DNA from: Verrucomicrobiota bacterium
Lineage (GTDB): Bacteria > Verrucomicrobiota > Verrucomicrobiia > Limisphaerales > AAA164-E04
DNA: 64,000 bases
Assembly (NCBI GenBank): GCA_047947115.1
Contig: CP170459.1
Span: 1,120,001 to 1,184,000 of the forward strand
Reading direction: 5' to 3'
The translations under genes and the position numbers were made by a program. How positions within the stretch are numbered: the first letter of the stretch is position 1; every line of letters begins with the position of its first letter. The notes under the pieces are model-generated. The model was not told where the DNA came from. It did not search any database and saw only the letters and a list, made by a program, of their open reading frames with translations. Positions 50,469-58,830 of the stretch are shown one piece after another.

Positions 50469-51889
50469 GCTCTGAAGCACACATTCCAACCTTTGCCGTG
50501 GTGGGCCATCCCAACGAAGGCAAATCTTCGGTGGTAGCCACCCTTACCGAAGATGATTCGGTCCGCATCAGTGATTTTCCGGGCGAGACGACCATCTGCT
50601 CCGACTACTCTGTGCGTGTGGATGACCGGGTGTTGATTCGTTTTTTGGACACGCCCGGGTTCCAGCACCCCAAGAAAACGCTGGATTGGATGCAACAGTA
50701 TATTGATCAGGGCCAACATCCGGCCAAAGCCTTTGTGGAAGCTTTTCGCCAAGACACCTCAAAGCGTCACGACGTCGAATTGATGACCCCTCTGGCGGCC
50801 GGAGCGGGGATCATTTATGTGGTGGATGGATCACGTCCACTTCGGAAAAGTGATTTGTGTGAAATGGAAATCCTGCGCATGACAGGCAACCCGCGCCTGG
50901 CTTTGATCAATCCGAAAGATGGTGAGGACACTTTTTTACAGGATTGGAAAGATGCCTGTGCCAGGACCTTCAATTTGACACGCACCTTCAACGCACATCA
51001 TGCCTCCTTTGGCGAACGTATGGCTTTGCTGGAAAGTCTTAAGCGCATGCACCAGGACTGGGAACCGGCGATGGTACAGGCGGTCGGGGCATTTGAAGCG
51101 GACTGGAAAGGTCGCAACCGAGAAGCGGCTCGCGTCATGACCGAATGCCTTACCAAAGCGTTGGAACTGCAAACCGAGGGCAAGGCTTCGGAACAGAAAC
51201 AGGAGGACGCCATTCGTAAACGCCTGGTGGAAGATTACCAGCAATCCATCATCAAATTAGAGGAGAATGCCCAATCTAAGATCCGGGTGCTTTACCGCCA
51301 TCGACAATTTCGTCCCAGACTTCCCGAACAATCCATCCTGCGAGAAGATCTCTTTACCGAACGGAGTTGGCAGTTGCTTGGTTTAAGTCGGCGCCAGATC
51401 ATCATGGCGGCGGCCATTCTCGGTGGTGGTGCAGGCGTGAAATTGGACCTGTTGTTTGCGAACTTATCCTTTGGATTGTTCACCTTGAGTGGCGCAACCT
51501 TGGCGGCGGTAGGGGCGTGGTTGAAGGGCGAGAACATGGCGCGCGTTTCAGTAAAGCGGATGAAGATTGGCGGAGTGCATCTGACAGTCGGCCCCAATAG
51601 AAATCCGCAATTCCCATTCGTTCTCATGGATCGGTTGCTCCTTTACTACCAGATCATCATCAACTGGGCACACGCCCGCCAGGATCACATTCAGAACGTG
51701 GCCCGGGTGGAAGATGAGACCAAAATGGGTTTCACCTCTCAATGGGACCGGAAACAACGCGATACCTACGCGCAGTTTTTCAAAAAGCTCAGATCAAACA
51801 AGGAGACGGACCGCGAAAGTGCGCTTGCCGAAATGCAGGATGCCATTGAAAAAGTTCTCTGGAGTATTTCTCATGATAAAATAGCGTGA
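50465..51889 (+). CDS. GTPase/DUF3482-type protein
   Basis: G1 GHPNEGKSS, G2 GETT, G3 DTPG, G4-like NPKD; C-terminal helical region with a Gly-rich hydrophobic hairpin. Confidence 0.75.
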   Translation: MSSEAHIPTFAVVGHPNEGKSSVVATLTEDDSVRISDFPGETTICSDYSVRVDDRVLIRFLDTPGFQHPKKTLDWMQQYIDQGQHPAKAFVEAFRQDTSKRHDVELMTPLAAGAGIIYVVDGSRPLRKSDLCEMEILRMTGNPRLALINPKDGEDTFLQDWKDACARTFNLTRTFNAHHASFGERMALLESLKRMHQDWEPAMVQAVGAFEADWKGRNREAARVMTECLTKALELQTEGKASEQKQEDAIRKRLVEDYQQSIIKLEENAQSKIRVLYRHRQFRPRLPEQSILREDLFTERSWQLLGLSRRQIIMAAAILGGGAGVKLDLLFANLSFGLFTLSGATLAAVGAWLKGENMARVSVKRMKIGGVHLTVGPNRNPQFPFVLMDRLLLYYQIIINWAHARQDHIQNVARVEDETKMGFTSQWDRKQRDTYAQFFKKLRSNKETDRESALAEMQDAIEKVLWSISHDKIA

Positions 51890-51969
51890 GCTGAGACCTG
51901 TCACTTTTCGGTTTTTGGGTGCATGTTGGCTTCCCTTTGGAAGCTGAAAATCGAAATCCTGAGCTACAA

Positions 51970-52040
51970 GGTTGCGGGCCGGGGACGACCCGATCTACCT
52001 GCAATGTGCCCCAAGGTAGAGCGTGTCGTCCCCGACGCGC
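51970..52040. repeat. Pair of GGTAG-family REP units
   Basis: GGGCCGGGGACGACCCGATCTACC followed by GGTAGAGCGTGTCGTCCCCGACGCGC. A related copy lies at 58761-58790. Confidence 0.65.
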
Positions 52041-52104
52041 CACCCTCAGGGTGTCCGATTTTCCGACTCACATTCAAAGGAAAATCCCGAGAACCTCCCC
52101 CTAC

Positions 52105-52139
52105 AAAAAACCCCCAAGGTCATCAGATCTTGGGGGTTT
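52105..52139 (-). terminator. Rho-independent terminator
   Basis: AAAAAACCCCCAAG...CTTGGGGGTTT, downstream of the large minus-strand gene. Confidence 0.75.
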
Positions 52140-52162
52140 GCCTGAATAATTTTCAACTTCGA

Positions 52163-55100
52163 TTATTGCCCGCCACTCACCACACGGAAGAAGGCATTAC
52201 CCGATTCGATCGGAATCGCAACCGACGTGGCATCCGTGGTCTGATTATCCTTCCATGACGCGTCCGACAAACTGCTCTTGCTTTGCACAGCGTAGGGTGC
52301 ATTGCCGCCTTCCCAGGAGATGGTCAGCTGTGCGCCATCACTTGAAACGGACAATTGTAGATCGGAAGCGTCGCCTCTTCCACTTTGCAGCGTTTCGTCA
52401 AGCGCCCAGGCCAGGGCGGCATTGAACAGTTTCATGCCGTCCTCATTGAGTGCCAGGAATGCTCCGTCCGATAGAAACGCGCTGACCCGGCGAGCCGGCG
52501 CGGTGAAACCTCCCAGCATCTCATCTCCTTTTTCATAGGCATACAAGACCGCTTGATCAAGGTCTCCAGGGACGGTCGCAAGGATGGTGGCTTCTCCTTC
52601 CGGATACCCCCAGGCCATCGAATCGGCCGTGCTGAAAATGGTGATCGGACCGTTCTGGAATCCGCTGGTGATCGGATGGGTCGCGTTGACAATTTCCAGT
52701 TCTGTCAGGGGCTCGGTGTTGCCTCGCGAGAATCCAGCTTCGTCGGTTGTCATGCGGAAGTCGTCCTGGTTTGCTTCTTCCCATGAAAGAACCGGGACAT
52801 CAACTCCGGCATACTTTCCACCGATGTTCCCGGAGTTGACGGTCGAGGAAACAACAATGAGTTTCTTGCCAAACGCATCCAACGTCTGACTGCCGTTGTC
52901 ATCGGTGACATCGACAATGAACCCGAGTGATTCCAAATGATCGGCCACTGCGGCATCCCCCGGATTCGCTGTCAAGGTCGGATCGGCAACGAGGAACAGG
53001 ATTTCGTTCGGCTGACCGACCACAATCGGAATGGCGCTGGTGCCGACTTGGGCGCCGACATCATCTGTCAGGGTTGCTTGAACAAGGTAAACACCGGCCG
53101 GAGCATTCTCCCAGTTGAAGTTGTACGGGCTTGAAGTAACTTCAGCGATGACTTCACCGTTGGCGGTATAGGTGACTTTTTCAATCACACGAGCAGTGGT
53201 GGAAATATCAACCACAAATTCGACATTGGCTCCCTCATCATAGCGGGCTTCTGGCGCCGGATCTTGTAACGTGATGGTTGGCAAAGCCGGTGCACCGCGA
53301 CGTGTTTCAGGTGGACCCATGGGACCAAAGTCCGCCGGATTGAAATCCGGATCGGTCGTGATCACAAACTTGTCGAAAAACGCTCCGTCTTCACGTCGAG
53401 CCAGTCCGATGGTGTGGACTCCGGTATTGTCGATTTCGATGGTCATGGGACCGGGGCCATCCTGAGGGTTGCTGAGCCAGATGAAATCTGCTTGAGCGGA
53501 GAATCCACTCATACTTGCCTGGTTCCCATCCGTGCGATTGGCGGGACGTTCCCCATCCAGATAGAGCCACGCCGAATCATCCGTTCCCCCCTCCGAACTG
53601 GCGCGATACCATACAATGTGGGTGCCGGTTTGGGTGAACTCCAGATCATAGAGCAATTGCGTGGCCCCTTCAGATCCGCCGGCAACGTTTGGATTGACCA
53701 TGGACACACCACCGGAGGGTGTCCCGCGTTCGCTGTCTTCGATCCATAAGTCGTCCAGATTGTCGGTGAAACTCTCGGCTTCGAATACCAACAGACCGTC
53801 GTCACCCTGAGGCAACAGGTCGCCAAGACTATAGAATTTGGCCTGCGCGTTTTCGGTTCGGTTGGGCGTTGTTGCAGTATCTGCGATGCCATCGGCTGTC
53901 ACTGTGTATTTGGTGCCGACGGTCATATTTCCAGTGTCCAGAAGCACCATGCGATTGTTGGGCAATAGGGTGGCGGAATTTACCGCAACGTTACCGGGTG
54001 TGATGGAATAGTTGCCCGCATCTTCCGCGGTGGCTGATGTGATGGGTTCAGAGAAGAGAACCGCCACTTTGCGTGTCGGAGCAATACCGCCCACGGTCAC
54101 AATGCTCGGTGCTTCCGTTTCTGCGATGACTGTGATGGTGGCTTCAGAACTGGTCACAGCGTCACCAACGGTTGTAACCGAATACCGCACGACTTGACCG
54201 TTCCAGTCCATCGTTAACGGATCGATGGTAAGGTCTGGCAATGTCTGATCTTCAATATCTATCCAGCCACCACGAATTCTTTGTTGCCATTGATACGTGG
54301 TCAACACTCCTTCGGTGACCTCCGCTGCGGCGCTCAAGGTGATGGAGGTGTTTTCAACTCCTTCGGTATTGACCGGGTTGAGAGTGATCGTTGCCGTGGC
54401 TCCTCCTTCGGCCTTTTCACCTTCGCGGAGGGTGGCGTCGGGTCCGAATGGTCCGAAATCATCAGGATTAAAATTCGGGTCCACCGTGATGATAAACTTG
54501 TCAACAAACGCACCATCTTCACGACGCGCAACTGAAATAGTGTGCATACCGACTTCGTCGATTTCAAAGGTCATGGGAGGAGCGCCATCTTGAGGGTTGC
54601 TGTTCCATTCGTATGGATTGCCGTTGAATCCGCTCATGCTGGCCAGATTTCCATCCACTCGTGTGGAAGGACGGTCGCCATCCAGGTGGAACCACATGGA
54701 ATCATCATTGCCGCTGTCGGCGCTGGCGCGGTACCAAAGGATGTGTGTTCCAGTGCGGGTGAACACGATGTCGTATTCGAGTTTGGTGTTGGATTCATTG
54801 CCCCCGGCTCCATTGGGAATCAGCATGCCCACACCGCCGGAGGGTTCGCCCCGGTCGGCGTTGCTTTCAAAATCTTCCACCCACAGACCATCGAGATTTC
54901 GGTCATACGCTTCAGCTTCCCAGACGACGAACCCCTGAGCGTTTTGTAGGAAATGTCCCACCGCATTGAAGGTAGCCGTTGTATCCGCTGCCAACCGGTT
55001 CGGATTGGTGGCGCGATCAACCAGTCCGTTGAGCGTCAGTGTGTATTCAGTGCCGATGGTTTGTTCATCAGTGGTGACCGTGACGACATCGCCGGATCCA

Positions 55101-56149
55101 GATACGGAAATCTCGAGGACATTCAATGTGCCACCCGCATGGGTGATCTGATAGTTGGATCGATTGGTGGCGGACGCGATGGACAGGCGTTCAGAGAAAG
55201 TTAGTTTCACTTGAGGCTCGTTTGGAATACCTCTGGCGCTCACCAGGGTGGGGGCGGTGGTGTCGGGTGTGACGGTCAAGGTGACTTCTTCGGATTCGAC
55301 GAACAAGCCGGGGACGGCGATCACGGCGCTGATCCTAGCGTTGTTGTCCGAACCGGAAAGCAAATCCATCGTGTAACTGGCCCCCGTGCCGCCGGGAATG
55401 TTTATACCGTTTTTCTGCCATTGCACACATACCGGATCATCCGGTGTGGCGGTGAAGTCAACCGAGAATGTAACCGAACCGTTTTCCTCGCCCGATGCGT
55501 TTTGTGTTTGGCCTGTAATGGTGATTTCCGGGTTGTGATTGTTGTCCGCATTGGTGGAAAGAAAACTTCCGGAAATCGGCGTCAACATGCCGGCGGGTGT
55601 GGTGTCACCCACTTTACGCCATGCGGCCTGTGCGAAATCACCTCCGCTACCCTCTTTGTAAAGGAGCATGATGTAGTGAGATTCGCCGGCCTCCATTTTG
55701 ATGGGAAGCGATGTAGCCAGATCGCCCGTTTCAGGATCCATGAACGGATCGCAGCAATCCAGCTCCTCGCAGATCAAGCGCAGGTTGCTTTCCGACTCAT
55801 CCGGGCTGAGCCAGAGTTCGCCACCATCGTCACTGCGCAGAAAGAATTCATAATCACCCGATTCCTGCGGGGTGATCCAACCTTCGATGCGGGCTCCATA
55901 GTTGTCCAATGTATTTGTCGGAAACACCTCGGTGGTGTCCATCGACGTGATGTAATGCACTTGGGATGGATTGTTCGGATAGGAAGGATCGGCCTCCACA
56001 TCTGTTGCCAAAATGCCCGGAATGTCTTCATAAACCGACATTTTGAGGAAGCATGGCGTTCTGACCTCGGCAGCTTGTGCTGAGACAAGGCCTACCGTGA
56101 GCGCAAGCGAACCCAGCGCCTGCGTGAAGGTAGTTTGTTTCGATTTCAT
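52163..56149 (-). CDS. Large secreted multidomain protein (PA14, 2x [Ig, Ig-like, CBM-like], bacterial Ig, C-terminal domain)
   Basis: Signal peptide from ATG 56149; PA14 (NYGARIEGWITPQESGDYEFFLRSDDGGEL); QWQ Ig motifs; two similar EAE...RREDGAF.DKF modules; ends AFFRV. Confidence 0.75.
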   Translation of the reverse strand: MKSKQTTFTQALGSLALTVGLVSAQAAEVRTPCFLKMSVYEDIPGILATDVEADPSYPNNPSQVHYITSMDTTEVFPTNTLDNYGARIEGWITPQESGDYEFFLRSDDGGELWLSPDESESNLRLICEELDCCDPFMDPETGDLATSLPIKMEAGESHYIMLLYKEGSGGDFAQAAWRKVGDTTPAGMLTPISGSFLSTNADNNHNPEITITGQTQNASGEENGSVTFSVDFTATPDDPVCVQWQKNGINIPGGTGASYTMDLLSGSDNNARISAVIAVPGLFVESEEVTLTVTPDTTAPTLVSARGIPNEPQVKLTFSERLSIASATNRSNYQITHAGGTLNVLEISVSGSGDVVTVTTDEQTIGTEYTLTLNGLVDRATNPNRLAADTTATFNAVGHFLQNAQGFVVWEAEAYDRNLDGLWVEDFESNADRGEPSGGVGMLIPNGAGGNESNTKLEYDIVFTRTGTHILWYRASADSGNDDSMWFHLDGDRPSTRVDGNLASMSGFNGNPYEWNSNPQDGAPPMTFEIDEVGMHTISVARREDGAFVDKFIITVDPNFNPDDFGPFGPDATLREGEKAEGGATATITLNPVNTEGVENTSITLSAAAEVTEGVLTTYQWQQRIRGGWIDIEDQTLPDLTIDPLTMDWNGQVVRYSVTTVGDAVTSSEATITVIAETEAPSIVTVGGIAPTRKVAVLFSEPITSATAEDAGNYSITPGNVAVNSATLLPNNRMVLLDTGNMTVGTKYTVTADGIADTATTPNRTENAQAKFYSLGDLLPQGDDGLLVFEAESFTDNLDDLWIEDSERGTPSGGVSMVNPNVAGGSEGATQLLYDLEFTQTGTHIVWYRASSEGGTDDSAWLYLDGERPANRTDGNQASMSGFSAQADFIWLSNPQDGPGPMTIEIDNTGVHTIGLARREDGAFFDKFVITTDPDFNPADFGPMGPPETRRGAPALPTITLQDPAPEARYDEGANVEFVVDISTTARVIEKVTYTANGEVIAEVTSSPYNFNWENAPAGVYLVQATLTDDVGAQVGTSAIPIVVGQPNEILFLVADPTLTANPGDAAVADHLESLGFIVDVTDDNGSQTLDAFGKKLIVVSSTVNSGNIGGKYAGVDVPVLSWEEANQDDFRMTTDEAGFSRGNTEPLTELEIVNATHPITSGFQNGPITIFSTADSMAWGYPEGEATILATVPGDLDQAVLYAYEKGDEMLGGFTAPARRVSAFLSDGAFLALNEDGMKLFNAALAWALDETLQSGRGDASDLQLSVSSDGAQLTISWEGGNAPYAVQSKSSLSDASWKDNQTTDATSVAIPIESGNAFFRVVSGGQ

Positions 56150-56332
56150 ATGTTTTACTTGTTCGAAATGACAATAATGGAACGGCATCCACTCAAGCAG
56201 CGAGAGGATATGGGGTCAAGTGATTGGTGGTATTGGTTTCTTGAGCATGCGCAATCAAAAGTCAGGCTTTCCTTTCGATCTTGGGACCTTTAGCATCCGG
56301 TGCATTCCATACACATGTGTCGGTATTCCATT

Positions 56333-57703
56333 ATGAAAACAAATTCCAATTCATTGCGCCTTCTTTTTACCCTCGGACTTTTCGTCGTTTGTTCTGTTTT
56401 TGCCAAGTCTCCCAACATTGTTTTGATCTTCACGGACGATCAGGGCTATCAGGACATCGGCTGTTTCGGTTCACCGAAAATTCGCACACCGCACCTGGAC
56501 AAGATGGCGCTGGAAGGTATGCGGTTCACCAGCTTCTATTCCGCCAACTCGGTGTGTTCACCGTCCCGGGCGGCATTGTTGACCGGGTGTTATCCGACGC
56601 GTGTGAATATACCCGGTGTTTTGTTTCCACGTCATGACATCGGCCTGAATCCTGATGAGATCACTATTGCGGACGTGCTCAAGGAGCATGGTTATGCAAC
56701 CGCATGCATCGGGAAATGGCACCTGGGACATCATCAACCGTTTCTGCCGACCCGTCAGGGCTTTGATTCCTATTTTGGCATTCCTTACAGCAACGACATG
56801 ACCATAGATCCGGAAATGGAACTCGCAGACGATGTGGTCTTGCGTGAAGGCATGACACCCGAAAAAATCAAAAGCGAAAAGCCAAGGAAAAACTGGGTGC
56901 CCCTGATGCGGAATGAACAGGTTGCCGAATACCCCTGTGATCAGTCCACACTGACCCAACGTTACACTCGGGAAGCCATTCGGTTTATGGAGGCGAACAA
57001 GGATCAACCCTTCTTCCTCTACCTGCCTCACACCATGCCGCACATTCCCCTGGCAGCGTCCGAGAAATTCCTGGGCAAGAGTCCTCGGGGATTTTATGGA
57101 GACACGATTGAGGAAATTGATTGGAGTGTCGGTGAAATCCTTGCCGCATTAAAGCGACTCAAGCTCGATCAAAACACACTGGTCGTTTACACCTCCGACA
57201 ACGGCCCTTGGGATCTCAAGAATGGGCATGGAGGATCGGCTTTGCCTTTGCGTGGATTCAAATTTCAAACCTACGAAGGTGGTATGCGCGTTCCTTGCAT
57301 CATGCGTTGGCCGGGACAAATCCCCGCCGGATCGGAATGTTCGGAAATTGCCGCCAGCATCGACCTGATGCCAACCTTTGCCCGGATCGCCGGCACCTCC
57401 GCGCCCTCTGATCGCGTGATCGATGGCATGGACATCCTCCCCTTGATGCAGGGACGTCAGGACGCGCGGTCACCGCACAAATCCTACTATTACTACAAAG
57501 GCCGCAAACTCGAATCCATGCGCCAGGGATTCTGGAAACTCAGACATGCCAACGAAATTGAACTCTATCACCTCGGCCAGGACATCTCCGAAACCGAAAA
57601 TCTCGCCACCCAACACCCCGATCGCGTTCGAGCCATGCTTCGCGAAATGGAAGCTTTTGATCACTCACTGCGTGCCAATGACCGGCCCGAGGGCAAGCTG
57701 TAA
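56333..57703 (+). CDS. Sulfatase (arylsulfatase A-like, S1 family)
   Basis: PNIVLIFTDDQG, VCSPSRAALLTG, GKWHLG, GIPYSNDM, HTMPH, TSDNGP, YEGGMRVP. Confidence 0.9.
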   Translation: MKTNSNSLRLLFTLGLFVVCSVFAKSPNIVLIFTDDQGYQDIGCFGSPKIRTPHLDKMALEGMRFTSFYSANSVCSPSRAALLTGCYPTRVNIPGVLFPRHDIGLNPDEITIADVLKEHGYATACIGKWHLGHHQPFLPTRQGFDSYFGIPYSNDMTIDPEMELADDVVLREGMTPEKIKSEKPRKNWVPLMRNEQVAEYPCDQSTLTQRYTREAIRFMEANKDQPFFLYLPHTMPHIPLAASEKFLGKSPRGFYGDTIEEIDWSVGEILAALKRLKLDQNTLVVYTSDNGPWDLKNGHGGSALPLRGFKFQTYEGGMRVPCIMRWPGQIPAGSECSEIAASIDLMPTFARIAGTSAPSDRVIDGMDILPLMQGRQDARSPHKSYYYYKGRKLESMRQGFWKLRHANEIELYHLGQDISETENLATQHPDRVRAMLREMEAFDHSLRANDRPEGKL

Positions 57704-57826
57704 GATAGTGTCGAGCACATTTTTTCACACAAAGTTACTAAGGCACAAAGAATGGAGTCTTTTTCGTAATGGGTGTTGGATCATGTCAGAAAAAGCTTGG
57801 TGTCTTTGTGCCTTAAATCCCGCATG

Positions 57827-58058
57827 CGGCGCAGTCCAAAGAATAGAAATCCAAATTTGGAGGGGCAAGTGCCACCTTGCGCCCACTTCAATCCTCAAAA
57901 CAACCAAATATCCAGACGGTGGCGATGGGAACCCCACAATCAATCGAATACCAATGACTTCCCGCGTTCCACGTCATTTGGTCAGGAATGGCCCGAGGAG
58001 AAAATTTGGGAACCGGGTGGAACCGATCCCTCCATGTTCTAAAAACTGAACTGCGCCC
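57827..58058. mobile_element. 232-bp non-autonomous element (MITE) with 9-bp target duplication
   Basis: Ends CGGCGCAGTCCAAAGAATAGAA / TTCTAAAAACTGAACTGCGCCC, flanked by direct repeats TCCCGCATG (57818-57826 and 58059-58067). Confidence 0.7.
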
Positions 58059-58085
58059 TCCCGCATGCGGGATGGGTGTGCAGAC

Positions 58086-58121
58086 TTGACAGGTTTGGGT
58101 TTATGTACATTATCCTGTCCA
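58086..58121 (+). promoter_or_regulatory. yefM-yoeB promoter/operator
   Basis: TTGACA at 58086; TGTACA (58104-58109) and TGTCCA (58116-58121), 12 bp apart. Confidence 0.65.
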
Positions 58122-58122
58122 T

Positions 58123-58386
58123 ATGAAGGCAATCAGCTATACAGCAGCCCGAGAGAACCTTGCTGCCACGATGGATATGGTCTGTAACGATCGGGATGCG
58201 GTTGTCATTACCCGGAAAAGGGATCAGGCGGTGGTGATGCTTTCTCTTGAAGATTACGAATCTTTGGAGGAAACGGCTTATCTGTTGAAGGTGCCAGCCA
58301 ATGCCAAACGCCTTCAGGCTGCCATGGAATCGCTGGAAAATGGAGGTGGACAGGTTCACGAATTGGTAGGTCCGGGGAGTGAATGA
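58123..58386 (+). CDS. yefM: Phd/YefM family antitoxin
   Basis: MKAISYTAARENLAATMD, VVITR, SLEDYESLEETAYLL..PANAKRL. Confidence 0.92.
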   Translation: MKAISYTAARENLAATMDMVCNDRDAVVITRKRDQAVVMLSLEDYESLEETAYLLKVPANAKRLQAAMESLENGGGQVHELVGPGSE

Positions 58387-58640
58387 AGGTTCTTTTCGCA
58401 GAGCAGGCCTGGCAGGATTATCAATACTGGCTCGCCACGGATAAGCAAATGCTCAAGCGCATCAACCTCCTGATCCGGGATTCCTGTAGAAACCCGTTTG
58501 AAGGCATCGGAAAACCTGAACCGCTTCGTCATTTGTTAAAAGGATATTGGTCCCGTAGGATCAACTCGGAACACCGGATGGTCTATCGGATCGAGGGTCA
58601 TATCTTGCAGATCGCCCAGTTGCGATTTCATTACCAATGA
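58383..58640 (+). CDS. yoeB: Txe/YoeB family toxin
   Basis: AWQDYQYW, RINLLI, PFEGIGKPEPL, GYWSRRINSEHRMVY, LRFHY. ATGA overlap. Confidence 0.93.
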   Translation: MKVLFAEQAWQDYQYWLATDKQMLKRINLLIRDSCRNPFEGIGKPEPLRHLLKGYWSRRINSEHRMVYRIEGHILQIAQLRFHYQ

Positions 58641-58760
58641 AGCCAATTGGGAAAACATCAGGACGATTTAGAGTGTCAATCCGCTTTTTTTAGGTGATGG
58701 CTGTTCGGATGTTTTTGGGATTGCCATTGGGAGTGGAGGTTTGGGTTTGGATGCCGTGAG

Positions 58761-58817
58761 GGTTGCCGGTCGGGGACGACCAGCGCTACCTTCGGGCCGG
58801 GGAGGTCTTGGTTCTAC
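58761..58817. repeat. GGTAG-family REP unit(s)
   Basis: GGTTGCCGGTCGGGGACGACCAGCGCTACC, close to 51970-51999, followed by a degenerate copy. Confidence 0.6.
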
Positions 58818-58830
58818 GTTGTGCAATGGG

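Noticed and set aside
55211..56083. 290-aa plus-strand ORF (also 46042-46806, 59173-59913, 3407-4072, 63280-63804 and similar)
   Set aside because: Antisense shadows of well-supported genes, with no recognisable motifs.
57965..57976. CGTTCCACGTCA as a third parS
   Set aside because: Only the left half matches; it is not palindromic and lies inside the MITE.
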